DNA of 63,920 nt, the filler included, from Bigelowiella natans CCMP2755 (Eukaryota > Protista > Cercozoa): NCBI GenBank assembly GCA_000320545.1. It is 6 parts of 6 records of this genome, joined end to end, with 100 filler letters (N's around TTAATTAATTAA, not from the genome) between each part and the next. Parts side by side here need not be neighbours in the genome. Positions count along the whole stretch, not along the records: positions 1 to 18,647 come from ADNK01000696.1; 5 more parts are not named here. One strand, written 5' to 3'. This document shows positions 1 to 13,807 of the stretch, in pieces. Both the position numbers and the translations under genes were made by a program. The notes under the pieces are model-generated. The model was not told the DNA's origin, did not search any database, and was given only the letters and a program-made list of their open reading frames with translations. Position 1 is the first letter of the stretch. The number at the start of each line of letters is the position of its first letter.

Positions 1-529
1 CCTCTTTTCCGTTGTATTTCGTTATCATAACCGGTGCTGTTTTAACAGACATGAACTGGGTGTTCCGCTGTACCGGCTGCTGCTGCTTGACGGTGCTCTG
101 GGTCGTCCCCCGCGAGGCGCCCAGACCCCCGTCGTTCCTAAACAAAGCTGCCCACTCTGGAGGTAAGTCTGCTTCGTAATCCATGATGTCCTGCATGATA
201 GCTGCCCAAACATCATGTGTCTGATACTTGTATTCTATCGATACTTTCAGTTTGGCGTAGTTGCTCGCCCTGGGTCGCAAGGCTCGTAATGCCATTACGA
301 CCTTCTTGCTTTCGGCGGCCACGTCCTCGTCGTCCGCCTCGTAGAAGTTCTCCAGTGCCTCTGCTGCTGCATCTGCTTTCTTAATCCCGGGTGCTGGTCC
401 CGGCGGTGCCTGTGGAGGTGTTCCTCCTCCTTCCTTAGCGTCCGTATCGCCCTTCCTTTCCTGTTTCTGCTCGTGCCCTTGCACGGCCTGCGAGCCAAAG
501 TCCTGCTGTTCTTCTAGCTGCTGTGACAT
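1..529 (-). CDS. Gag-like ORF of an LTR retrotransposon (N-terminal ~176 codons, runs off the window edge)
   Basis: ATG at 529-527, just inside the PBS. The frame is stop-free and intron-free to position 1 (MSQQLEEQQDFGSQAVQ...VMITKYNGKE). The Gag identity comes from position plus a Gag-like K(F/Y)xG motif. It is missing from the ORF track because it has no stop in the window. Confidence 0.7.
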   Translation of the reverse strand, partial: MSQQLEEQQDFGSQAVQGHEQKQERKGDTDAKEGGGTPPQAPPGPAPGIKKADAAAEALENFYEADDEDVAAESKKVVMALRALRPRASNYAKLKVSIEYKYQTHDVWAAIMQDIMDYEADLPPEWAALFRNDGGLGASRGTTQSTVKQQQPVQRNTQFMSVKTAPVMITKYNGKE

Positions 530-545
530 TGTTAGTCAAATCGTT

Positions 546-563
546 TCCCGTGTGTGGAAGCCA
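546..563 (-). promoter_or_regulatory. Primer-binding site (complement of a tRNA 3' end)
   Basis: Minus strand TGGCTTCCACACACGGGA begins 5 nt after the LTR end. Its complement ends ...GGAAG-CCA like a tRNA 3' terminus. The tRNA was not identified. Confidence 0.6.
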
Positions 564-568
564 AAGGT

Positions 569-920
569 TGTTGCGCGTAAGGTGTTCACAGGCCGAGGCG
601 CTACGTGCACAAGTAGGCAGGGGGGGGGAAAGGCACGTTTGCTTCCTTTTGAAGAGTTGTGTTTATTTTTATTAAAGATTATATTTTTATTAAATCGTGC
701 ACTGCGTAATCATTCGCGAAGCTTTCGCGAATGCCGCCGCACGTGGGGCAGCACACTTCCGGTGTGCTGCCATGAGTCCCGCCGGAACCCACGTGCCTAT
801 GCTGTATTAATATCTACGTTATCTATATTCTATATCCGCGACAACCCCTTTGTTGTCGCACGTGACTTGTGCCCGCGTAGTGGTACGCGCTACAGGCCTG
901 TGAACACCTTACGCGCAACA
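569..920 (-). mobile_element. 5' LTR (352 bp), TGTTG...CAACA ends, 26-bp perfect terminal inverted repeats
   Basis: 569-594 TGTTGCGCGTAAGGTGTTCACAGGCC is the exact reverse complement of 895-920. On the minus strand a TATA-like tract (~805-835) precedes AATAAA signals (~662-692), then the PBS and ORF follow. Confidence 0.8.
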
Positions 921-1548
921 TAGTACACATTGTTCGCTGGTCGGTAATGACGCTAAACACGATCGTTCGCTAGTTAGCTGTGTTTTGTCATCAGCTAGCA
1001 TCGTTCAAAAATTTCGTCGACACCAAGCTAGCGTTGCTGCGACGCACCATCGCGTGCTTGCACCACATATAATACATCACAGTGCAGCGCACGCATGTGC
1101 AGACACCAAATGACTCGCAGCTCGCAGCACGAATCTAAATAGCTAGATAGCTACCTAGGAATGATGGGCCTAACAATCTAATTGTGGCGCATGCATTGCA
1201 TGTGATTTGCACGTCTACACGTGGATGAGACGGCTGCTTGAACATCACATGCAGTGCACCTTTCTGGCATGTTCAAACATGCTAGCATGCCATTTTGATG
1301 CCAATGTGCACAAGTTCGTCAAAAATGCATGATGTGGTAACTCAAATATTGAGTCGCAGGCACGATGACAACATTGACCGAAAATGCGTGTATTGCATGT
1401 CTATCATTGCGATTTCACACTCCTAGCAACACTCATTTATTCTCGAAATGCATACGCACGCACACAGAAGTTGAGTCAAATGGTCAGTGCGGTTGGAGTT
1501 CAAGCCTCTATCTCGGTAACCACCTTTGTGTGGCAGATCTCTTTACTT

Positions 1549-2045
1549 TTACTTCGTCAAAACAAAATAATCTTCAACGGATAAATCGTCACTGAGAAGA
1601 TAAGTCCATTTCACTGCCGAGCTGTTGAAGACCTATTGTTGTATTGTACATTAGTAGTGTTCCAATTCATAGACGGTGTACATATATAAACTTTTGCCTC
1701 CTGCTGTAAAATTGACACTTTTCAATCGGGGACAATATAAGAAGCAGCTATAGCAATTACATCTTCTACCTCGAGAATTCCGGTGCCAAAATGGTGATCA
1801 TGCTTTGCAATCCACGCAGCACTGGTATTATACCTGTGTAGTTTAGTTGTTTATCATCGTCAGTGATCGCCTGCACTGCCATCACCATATGTAGTGGTGC
1901 ACACGTTGTTTAAAGTGATGATGAGTCCTCCTCCATCGCCACAATACTTTACCACCACCCGTCATGTCAGACAGGGGTAGTAGTAATAGTTAAAAATCGA
2001 TACTTATTTGACTTAAATTCCTGTTGAAAGGTGTATTTACGAAGC

Positions 2046-2089
<44 letters not shown>

Positions 2090-2654
2090 GGAATGGATCA
2101 TCACATATTGTGCTTTTGGTACTCGAATTCCTATTACTATTACTACTACTACTACCCATCAGGGCCTTCTGGGGTCATTTCATCACAACCAGCACCCCCA
2201 ACAGTAACGTGTGCAGTGTAAGATGGTGATGAGTAATTCTTCTGAACATCGCCCTATGTATTACGTATACAATTTGTACCATCATATCAGCAGCACCAAT
2301 ACAACCAGGCAGCGGTGTTTTGCTTCTAGGCGTTTTCATTCGCAAATCATCATCATCTTCATCCTCATCTACTACTACAACTACTACTACTACTACTACT
2401 ACCTTGTATACGGGAAATGTTCTTGTATACGAATGCTCGTGACCCGAAAAATAAATATCGACTTTATATTTATGGAACACTTCCTCCATAGCCTAGGAAT
2501 ATGAGAGAGAGTAGTAGTAGTAGCAGCAGCAGCAGCAGAGAAAAGAACATATGCAATAAAAAGACAGCAAAACAAAGTAATGCCGTACGCCGGCAAGTAT
2601 GAGAACGACGATGCATTGTTTATGTGCCGTTTGGTGCTGCACATGATCATCGAA

Positions 2655-2692
<38 letters not shown>

Positions 2693-2869
2693 AATCTCTC
2701 CTCCTTTCTACGATCGTACGTCGTTTTATTTATCTTATTTCTGTTCCCGCTCTCTTGTTCTTGTTCTTTTTCTTCTTCTCACCGCTTGCAGCTCGGTGTG
2801 AATCTTATCGCTGTAAATAGGACGATGCCCCGCAGCAAAAATCCAGGGTCTTACATCTCTCTCATCTGT

Positions 2870-2907
<38 letters not shown>

Positions 2908-3177
2908 TTTTTAGGGTTATGAAACAGAATAACATCTAATCGTCAGTGAAAAGACGATAAAGAATAATCCAAAGAGAGAACGGTGAGCACAGAAGTAAGC
3001 TGCCAGCAGTATATCAACTTGAGTTGAATCCAATACAACAACAACAACTACTACTACTACTACTACCAGCTGCCTTTGCAAGATCATTCTCCAACCACTT
3101 TAGATACTCTCCTAATAAACATCAATATAGTGTGATGTGATGATAAATAGCATCCTTTCGTCATGATGCTACTAGTT

Positions 3178-3213
<36 letters not shown>

Positions 3214-3580
3214 GGACCTTGAGTTCCAAAATGTCCAGCAGGAAGAATACCGGAATCACCTTTGTTCTCCTCCCTTTTATAATTATTATTATTATTATTT
3301 ATTACTATCACCATCATGTTGATGAATACTACGTGTGATAGGAATACTAGTAGAATCGCATAATAATAATAATACCAATCCAATCGATCAACCAAACAAC
3401 GCCTCCATCATGTGCAAAGACGATTGTACAATAATTTTGAGAGAGTTGGTTGTGATCAATGGTATTGCAGCATCATACCCTGCTCCTTTGAAGTCAGTTT
3501 CTGTGTCTACGACAACGAAATGCGCCAATCCATAGTTGAAGCTGTACCTACACAGAACAAGAAATAAGAATGTTCAACTC

Positions 3581-3613
<33 letters not shown>

Positions 3614-5717
3614 GTGATGATGGTGAGAAACGGAGAATGTTGTTTTAAATTTTAAAAAGATTAAAACTGTAGATTTAAGTTTGTAAGTAATCTCTTGTCT
3701 CTGTCTTTTTGTTTATTCCTCCTTCTCCTCCTCCTTTTCTTGTTCTTCTTGTTCTTCTTTTTCTCTTCCTTCCTTCCTACCACATGTTGCTGGTAGCTCC
3801 ACTGGACTCAAACGGCATCTTGAAACTAAAATAAAAGATAAAGTAGCATGCATTATTAGAAGAGGATAGAACAACTTACGTAATGCTACTAATGATGAAA
3901 AGAATTATGATGATGATGATGATGATGATGGTGCAACCAGTTGATGTGATCAATTAGGTTTTTCAGCGTGTGTGTGTGTGTGTTACTATTAGCTTGCTAC
4001 TGCTAAACACATGATGCTAGTGCTACTGGTGCTGCTGCTCTGTTGGCTAGCACTTCTTACGATGCTACTAGTACCGGGTATTGTACGCCGTGAAGTTTGA
4101 CAAGTCTTTTCTTTTTTTCGAATCCTTTCAACAGTAGGGTAAGGAGAGGAGAGGGTAGGGTGGGTAGAAGAAGAAGATGATGATGATGATGATGATGATG
4201 AGGTTACTTACTTACATACTTACTTACAACATGATGGATGATCAAGAAGAAGAAGAAGAAGATGACGATGTTGATGAAGAGGAGGAGGATTAGAAGTACT
4301 ACATGATTGCACCCTCTCAATTGTCACTACCACCACCACTGCTGGTACGACTACAACGACTACTAGCACTATCTTGATCTTATCATCACCGCTAAGCAGA
4401 TTGGAGAATGACACTCGCTTTCGTGATTACCAGCAGCCACCATGTATGGCTTGTTGTTTGTCATGTTGGATATCCTGACAATTGATGATGATGATGATGA
4501 TAAGAAGGCTGCCATGTTACTGGTGCTAATGACATCATCATGATCTGGTACTGCTACCACTTACTACTGCTACTACTTGCTCACTACAGCTAAATCTGCT
4601 ACTACTACGTTAAGAAGATGATGGCATTGTTCATATTAGAATCACCATTGCATGTATCCGTCGTACACATTTTCATATTGAAACGAAGCTGGATCATGTA
4701 GAAATGCATCATCAGCATATCCTGTTATTAGGTCGGTTGGTTAGTTGTTGTCGTATCATCAGTGATCATCATATGTGTATGAGGAAAATGAGAAGGACTA
4801 CGAAGAATTACTGAGGAATAGTTCTTTGGAACAACCAACACAATGTCTCCTCCTCCTCCTCCTCCTCCTCCTCCCCCTTCTTCTTCCTCTTCTTATGTGT
4901 GATCATTCATCATCATCATCATCATCCTTATTATTACCAATGTCTCCTGCATGCCATACAAAATCAACATCGTGTACTATATCTTGTAACGCTTTTCGGG
5001 TCGATAGTGCCTGGTTATGTAGATTTGATGGTTGATCAATAGAAAGAGGACAAAAGATATAGTAGCAGTCGAAGGTAGTAGTTGCAGGATGATGATGATG
5101 AGGAGGAGGCAGGATAACAGATGACCAAGAAGAGAAAGGAGAAGAAGAAGAAGAAGAAGAAGAAGAAGCAGCAGCTACACATCCTCATCATGATCATCCT
5201 CATCCTCATCCTCCTCATTATCATCATCATCGTCGTTATTCGCACCTTTCCATTTTGACCATAACCCCAATCTCCAAAGACAGATACTTTGAAACCAAAC
5301 TCAGGAGTAGAGCTCTGTGGTAGGTCATCATCGTCATTATCATCATCATTGTCATTATCATTAAATGACTATTCTTCAATAAATCATTATTATTTTCGTA
5401 TTCTATACTGTTACTCTTCCGTATACAAATGGAAGAGTAAGTGAAAGTGGAGAGTTGGTTTAAGATATATTCCTCACTTCTCCTCGTATACTACTGTAAT
5501 AGCACTGTACCTTGGGACTTGTGAAGTTGTAGATTGAACTGTAACCAACTGTCGCATCATCCCCACACTATATCATTAGAAGAGACCATCACCATGATGA
5601 TGATGATGATGATATAAGAAAAACTAATCATGGAAATTATTTATCATTGCAGCACCTTGTAGAAATACGTAGTCCCAGCCTTCAAATTGCTTAAGGTAAC
5701 CTGGTATAATATTTATG

Positions 5718-5764
<47 letters not shown>

Positions 5765-6587
5765 AATATGTGTATGTGTATAGACGTGTATCTTATTTCT
5801 CATCACGTTGCTATAAGTGTTGTTCGCAAAACATAGTAGTGTTTACATATGATAATCCCCTCTTTATCATATGATTAAGATGTATTTAGCGAGTAGGCAG
5901 ACAACTGTGTATCATCATTATCATCATCATCTTCTTCTTCTTTCCCCTCGTCATCATCATATGAATATATGCGAGGAGGGATGGAAAAGGCAACCACTAT
6001 AATTAGAATGAAGACCCCTACCCCCTATTGATTTATGATCATGATGATAATGGAAGAAGAGGTTGTTGTCTAGAATTCACTCTTACATGATGATGGAAGG
6101 TAGCGTTTTCAAGATACTGCTTTTGTTCGCCTATTGTTTCATTGATCATGTGTCATTATTTCACACGTAGTATGTATTATTACCGTAATAAAAATAAAAA
6201 TAAAAATAATAATAATAATAATAATAGTTATTATAATAATAACTCGAGGACCTTGTATGACTGACAGAAATAAACAAAGAAAGTAAAATCGCGACGATAA
6301 AAGACAGCATGTAAGATTAAACTGAACAAAATGTTTGCATTAACGAATCACGCATATTATCATTAATAATAATAAGCAAACAAGTACCTGTCGCTTTAGT
6401 ATCTAAAGAGCTTTTATCGGTTCCATACATAACAGTACTAGTCTGCGTCTTCTGGAAAGTCGCCCAGGATATCTACGGGAGATACCAAAACAGAAGAAGC
6501 AGCAGCAGCAACAACAACAACAAGAAGAAGAAGAGACATTTGAAGTGGTGATACTATGCATGCACAGCGCATGTATAGATGCATACA

Positions 6588-6622
<35 letters not shown>

Positions 6623-6943
6623 ATATGTGCGTGTGTGTGAGCACAAAGATGCGTTAGAGCGCGTTTGTGTTTGTGTCGGGGAGAAAGTGGGGTGGGAAGG
6701 GGGTCTTCCCAACCATTATATTCTCTCTATTTGTTTGTATGCTCAGTAGTCACATATACTGCTACAATTTATTGTTCTCTCTCTCTCTTCGTAATGTTTC
6801 TATCTTCATACCGTCATCCCATTAGAATCCCCATTTTCATTACGTCCAGCAAAAGCAATGTGGATCTTCATAATAAAGAAATAATTGTGACTAGGTCCCC
6901 ACGAACCATCGTTTGTAAAAATCAATGCAACCATCATTCTCAC

Positions 6944-6978
<35 letters not shown>

Positions 6979-7667
6979 CATGCTGTTTGGTTGGTTGTCG
7001 TTTTCATTTTGTTGTTACTACTTGTGCAACAGGTATAGGACATCTGTCTTTGTTTGTGATTTGTTCGGCTTGAGAGCATTTGTTTAACACAGAGCCTAAA
7101 CGACAACGACGTCATTCCAAACATGACAACCAGCCCACGTACAAGCAAAGGAGAGCAAAGAGGAGGGGGGGAGGAGGGCGCGGTCTAATCTATCTCATGG
7201 CAAATGCTTTGTGTTTCCTATCGTTTTCACGATGATATTACCTTCTGCATGGCAATCATTTGTCTTTGGACACCTGATGATCATCATGCATTGAGGAGGA
7301 AGGAAGAATTCATGCAGATCGAAGAATTTAGGTATCCATACGTCGTAGCAGTAAGAAAACGAACACATCTTACCATCGACAATTATTTCCAGTCCAACTT
7401 TTAGCAGATGCACAACTTGTACAGTCCTGATAATCGTTTTCAAGCGTAATGTTCAACTATAATTTGTCATCATGCCATGTGAATGAGGAGGAGCATCTAT
7501 GAAGAGTGTGTGAGTACCACCTTAAACGTCTTACAGTCTTCTCCTGCAAGGATGCCTGGTATAGATGATGAACGTAAGCACAACGACGGCAATGCTACGA
7601 TGAAAAGTGTCGAATTGGCAGTAGTACCTCCAAGCAGAGTAGCGAGCACGAAGAAGAGGTGCTTCAT
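1549..7667 (-). CDS. Purple acid phosphatase (secreted metallophosphoesterase with FN3-like N-domain), ~20 exons
   Basis: Spliced exons give the PAP motifs in order: IHIAFAG..GMT/ISW, VFGDWG (~5265), HAGDIGYADD (~4950/4715), VAAGNHE (~4430), WYSFNYGLAHFV (~3530), AGHRPIY (~2825), FSGHEHSY (~2435), VTVGGAG (~2200), and TAA at 1551-1549. The signal-peptide-like MKHLFFVLATLL starts at 7667; linkage of this first exon is less certain and may need a GC donor. Confidence 0.93.
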
Positions 7668-8332
7668 GGGTCTGCACCTCACAATGATGATTGGATTGTG
7701 GTGATCGGTGATTATCGTCGCAACAATTCAGATCTTCACCATACCTTATACTACATAATCTATAAGAAAATCCATTGCTTATCTAGCTTATTGCTCCAAT
7801 TAATCATGTCGCTATGTAAATATGACTCACTCACAAAAATAATCAACAGAAATTTGATGTCGAATGATTATCTTTTAATTTTGTCGTTTATAGAGGAATC
7901 CAGGACGAAGTCATCTGTTTTCACCCCGACCCTTACTGGGTAGCTTTACCATGTTGGATTCCGAGATGATGGTACATTGGGTTCCGAGCCCTCGTTCCAG
8001 TTGGTTTTCGGTTACTCGTGGGAATTCCGGGCCAAAAATCACCCTAAATACCGTCAGTTTCTGTTGAATAAATTGGTTTATGTATAAGTCGCAGCAAAGA
8101 AATGCTATTTGTTTTGCACAATGCCGCTGTATAAAACAACCGCTTGCATTCGAGCACATTTGCTTAGAACTTACCAGTTCATAGTGACAAACTTTATCAG
8201 TGCATACGACGTACAGCCAGCAGTAGGGAGGGCCTCTATTATGATAGCATGATGGAAACCCAAGAATCGTTTGTGCCATAGATTGTAAGCTATCGTGGAA
8301 ATAGAATGTACTAATTGGTGAGAGTCAGGAAA

Positions 8333-10369
8333 ATGGATTTGAAGAGTGGTTCTTTTCCTCTTCGACCGAAGTCTAAAGGTAACGGAACTGCGTTGTTTCT
8401 CAATAATACAAAGAGGGAAGTGACTGGTGTAAGCAGTAGACGAAAGAAAGAATTATGGGATGAGCAACTCCTACCATGGATGAAAAAACATGGAAAGCAA
8501 AACGATAGCGTGAACGACCCAAAACAGGTTAGAAGGCTGCGGGCTTGGTTTGAGAAGAAGTCCAATGGAACCCCGCTTGTGGACATGGAAGCCATGAAGA
8601 CTACTCTAATCAGCATTGGATTGGTTGAATGTAAAGCGGAGGCGGATGAAATGCTAGCACGTGCCGGGATAAATGGCAGCATTGGCGTTAGACGTGATGA
8701 GTTTGTTGATTTCTTCCTCCATCAACAGAATTGGCACCCGCCACAAGCAACCATTCCCTCCTATAAAAAAGTGCAAAAATCTCTACCAATTTTTGAGAGA
8801 CTTACTAAAAAGAGCTACTATACCGGAGTATACAAATCGCGCTTCCAAAAAAGGTCCGTTTTTGGCTCAGGGCCGACATTTAGCTCCTTTCACTCAACCT
8901 TTCGGGATGGCGACGATTTCTGGGATACAGACTATCATGAGGAAGCAACTGCCACCAGAGAGCCAATGAAAGTTTCTGAGGAAGTTAAAAAAGCACTCTT
9001 GGAACTTTCTGAGGAAAATGCCGTTTCCGCAGAGTGTCGAGTTGCACAACAAAGCCGACGAAGGGTAATGAGTATGGTCATGGGAGGACTTCCTAGTAGT
9101 AGTAGAGACAACAACACTGAGGGAGGAGATAGTTTGGGTGAGCTAGAAAGCGCAAGAACGTCAGCATTGTCATCTATTCTGGGAAATGGGACAAGAAAAG
9201 GCCAACCGTTAAAGCTTTCGGTCAGCACTGATGAAGCGTCAAGAGGTGATAGGAACAATGTGTCTTTAGATAAAAATGACTTGTAATCTTCGTAGGAAAA
9301 AAAGAAATTTAGCTTTCCCAACATCCAACATATTTCTAGACATATGTATTGATTTGTCTTCTTCGTAGGTGCGGGTTTAGAGCGAGAGAAGCAGCCGCAG
9401 CTTTCTCCATTGCAATCGCTACAACATGATTGGAGGAAAATAATGACTCATATATTTGAGGAGGAGAAGCAGGATCAAGTGCAGAATGGTCCGAGTGTAT
9501 TTTCCACAGAAGTTCCCATTTCCGCTCGATATCGATCAGATAGCATGGTGACAGTGCCAGAGGTACAGAGACACGGTAGAAGCAATTCAGAAAGGAGCTT
9601 ACGTGCACAAGTGCACAGCTACTTAACTGGAGAAATGGTAGTGGATGATCAGTCGGGTGAACTTCGCCATAATTTTAACTTAAGAAGCAATAATCTTTCG
9701 GAAACGATCGAAATGATTGAGAAGAAGATGGTCAAGAGCTCGAAAGTAAGAGAGAGGATTGAGACTCTACGAGAAAAAGAAGCTCATGATCGTGCTCGTA
9801 GACGTATGCTTCAGCGATCAGCACGAGCAGCTGAACAGGCTGCAAGGGAACAAGAGGCAGCATCAGCTCAACGGCTTTTGCTTAGGGAAAAAGAAAGCAA
9901 GCATAAGAGAGGTGGTTCCGTAATCATGGAAGTTGTGTCCATGTCGCAGAAAATGACGGAGCAGAAGAAAAGAAACTTGCGAAAGTCAAAAATCAGAGCG
10001 ATGAATATGAACACATCGTACAGAAGTAGAGTTCGGCGTGGTCATAGTGCCTCTGCTAAAATAACACCTTCTTCTAGTAAAAAGATTAAAGCGGTTCCCC
10101 CTTTGGCATCGTCATTACCATCTCACAAAAATCATGCTGGAGATTTAGTCACACAGGCTTTACCACTTCGAGGAGGAGTTAAGAAGAAGAAGAAGAAGAA
10201 GAAAAAGAAGAAGAAACATGTTTCTCAGCCCGATACAGATCGTTTGTTTTTCGCTAGGCAGCGATTGTTCAAGATGCAAGGGATAGATACCATGCAAAAT
10301 CGATCTCCACGCTTCATAGCCAAAAGAATTGTCCAATCAGCGCGCAAAGGAAACTATACCGATCCTTAA
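8333..10369 (+). CDS. Protein with degenerate EF-hand-like region and basic/coiled-coil C-terminus; join(8333..9245,9369..10369)
   Basis: A GT..AG intron at 9246-9368 joins the 323-aa and 319-aa ORFs in frame. LISIGL..EADEMLARAGINGSIGVRRDEFVDFF resembles a degenerate EF-hand pair. There is a poly-Lys tract near 10180. Confidence 0.7.
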
Positions 10370-11063
10370 ACGATCATCAGTGCAATGCAGTTGGCAATTT
10401 TTCATTGTCGGACTATCAATGAACATTGACAGCAATGCGTTTGCAAAGCTTTGTCACACTCTATCTGCTATACAAATTTAAAAAGTCAGGCGGAGATATG
10501 GAGCGGCAATTGGTATTAAAACGAAGAAAAGCAAATTTACGCAACGGCACGTACAGATGTTATTATTACTAGCTGGGGCAGCTGCGATCGAAGCTCGCTC
10601 GATCTGCTCACGCGCTAGGAGCGGTGCATTGGCATGGGCGATGGCACATGAAAAACATTTGCTTGTTGTGGCAGCCACCAGAGCTGCATATTATACAGCA
10701 AAACGTCACATGTGAAGAAGTGTACGTGTGCCTGCTCATCGCGGCCCGCACATGCACGTGGGTGTGCAGACTAGTGTGATGGCAATGCGCGCATACTAGC
10801 ATGCACAACGCACGTAGCGTGCAGTTGATGACGACTAGATGATAATAACGTAACAAAATGTTACGCTAGTACGTGCATTGGATGCATGAATTTTAGACTT
10901 TGACCGCGAGTCGTGTGCTTATTCTTTTGCACTCATGTCTAGCTCATGTGCGCATACATGACCAGATGACATGCTGGGCCATGCACAGCTAGACGTACAG
11001 CCCTGTGCTGTGCACTGTGCGGTTCGTTGTGCATGCAACAATCGTATCGCATGCACATTTGTG

Positions 11064-11098
<35 letters not shown>

Positions 11099-11965
11099 AT
11101 GCATTTGATTGCATGAAACTGCAGGGATAACATTGTTTACATGTGTGCATGTAGGAGTACGTCTGTGACATGTGCATCGACCACTTCACATGCACTTCCA
11201 ATCTCACAGCTAGCACAAAGCAGTGCACTTGTGAACATGTGCATCCATTAGAACGTGCTAGCGTGTGGCATGACTTATTTGGTGCATGTGTGGATGTGCA
11301 TGAAAAGTGCACATGTTCCTACGTGCTTTGTGCACATCAACAACCGATATGTACATGTGTTCTGCGCGTGCACACGTATAGGGACAACATTGTCCACATA
11401 AAACACGCATATCATAGCGGAGACCAACAGATTCAACATTAGCGCTGTAGCCGCTGCATTGCACAGCTACATGAGGATGACCATTGAACAAATTTAATTT
11501 GATTTATTACATCCGTCTTACACACACACACACACACACACGAACTTACTGTGCCTGCTAGAAGCTAGAATCTTTCTTGCAGCGATGAATAACAAGCATG
11601 TCGTGATAATATGCATATCCAGTCATATGAAAAGATACGCCATTTCGTTCACACCATGCCAAACACATGCTCAGGCATCTAACTATGTGTAATAATAATG
11701 CGATCAAACATGCAGCATTTGTTCAACCTATATCCCTAGCTACCTTATGTATATGCTCTCCATAGTTTTAAGTGCGAATAGATGCTGCTATATTTTCCAA
11801 TGCCGCTTGCATTTGCTTTCGTGCTTCCTGAAATATCAAATAGAATAGCACTTGTTAGGATGAGAACCAACAACACGACACCCATATTTAATGCATTAGA
11901 CTGTTGAATCAAACCTCCCGTTGACTAAGTGGAAGCCTTTGCACCTACAATTTGTTTTTATTTGT

Positions 11966-12319
11966 TCATAATATATCATCTTTCTTAGTGTAGTGAATGA
12001 ATTCTCTCATCATCAATCTCTTCCTCTAAAATACAACCACTAGAACGGTTGTTACCATTTATGATCATCTTCACCTCACAATTAAACACCATCACCAGCA
12101 TTTTAAAACGACAATATCATCATAAATTATAAAAAACTTGTAATTATTGGAAGTAGTCATAATTACCGCGGACAAGACTGATAGAGTGTATTCTTTTAGC
12201 TCTATTGCTCCTGTAAGGGGGGTGGGTGCAACAACCAGAGAGGACTAGTTTAAGTGGATGAACAATTCAAAAAATACAACAACGATTCTACGTTGCTATT
12301 GCACACCATCGTCATCATT

Positions 12320-12354
<35 letters not shown>

Positions 12355-12829
12355 GTTGATCAATTTTGTTGTTAACATGACCGTTGTGATCTGCATCAAG
12401 GGCTTTGAACGCTTTCTCATCCACAGTCGGAAAGGTTCCCTTATGAGGCAGCAGCAGCAGCAGGTAGATGATGGGTGACGAGGACGAAAAAATGATTAGT
12501 TTGGCATGTATGAGGAGGATGGGGGGAGTGATACAGATATATGTGAATGAATCATGATGATGATGATGATGATGTGACAGTAGTGGGTGGGTATGTATTA
12601 TTCTACTACATGTGGTTGGTGGTTTTGTTTCTTCTTCTTCTTCTTCTCCTTCTTCTTACTTTTGAATATTTTGAGGCATCTTGAAGCTCACGCAATGTCC
12701 AGTGCTGCAGCAGGAGTAGCAGGGAAAGAAACGAATCATCGTCAACATAAAGAAAGGAATAATCACCACGAAGAACTCATCAACTCACACATACAATGAG
12801 AGCACAGCTGCTTTTAACCACTCAATTGG

Positions 12830-12871
<42 letters not shown>

Positions 12872-13771
12872 TTCTCACCCCATCACTATTTGAATCGACG
12901 ATGCCGTATACTTGACTAATTATGGCCTCAATGTTGGTTTTATTGCTGATCTCCTCCTCCTCCTCCTCCTCCTCCTTTTTTCTTTCCTTATTCGAGTTTG
13001 TGGGTTGTATGGAAACAGCTGCTGTCTTAGTATCTGCTGCTGCTGCTGGTGGTTTCCCCTGATCAATAGATTGCGAAGAGGAGGAGGAGGAGGAGGAGGA
13101 GGAGGAGGAGGAGGAAGTAGTGGTTGCTGTTGTTGATGATGATTTAGCACCAGCAGCAGCATTTGAATTATAAGAGCTGCTGTGCCCTTGCCCTGAAGAA
13201 CCAGCTGAGAAGGACGTAGTTTTCCAATCGATCCATAACTGTTGTTATTGTTATTTTACGTTGTGTGGTAATAATACCGTCTTAGTATACTGCTACTACT
13301 ACTACTACTACTACTAGTATATATCAACGACAACACAACAGAGAAACGCTAATGATAATAATGGCTACTATGACCAACATCTAGTACACAGTGCAAAATG
13401 TCAAGAAGAAGAAGAAGAAGAAGAAGAAGAAGAAGAAGAAGAAGAATAAGAAGAATCGTCGTCATCATCGTCGTTTGTATAATGATAACGTTGATATTAC
13501 AACAACAACAACAACAACAATAACAATTACCACTACTACTACGAGCAAATACCTTGTTGCTCTTCAACCTATTTAATGCTTCTCTGGGATCCTTAAACGA
13601 CAGATTATGATTTATGATAGCCAAAATATCGTATCTACGAAGAAAGAGGGGGGGGGGTGTTGACTGCATTTCTACTTAATAATGCGTGTGCATCATGATT
13701 TCATCCTCTGTATCGACATCATTTGAAGTTGTCTTATCATCGTTCATTCATCATTTCCGCACAGCTTTCTT

Positions 13772-13807
<36 letters not shown>

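Noticed and set aside
552-923. 123-aa plus-strand ORF
   Set aside because: It coincides with the LTR and runs antisense to the element, so it is probably incidental.
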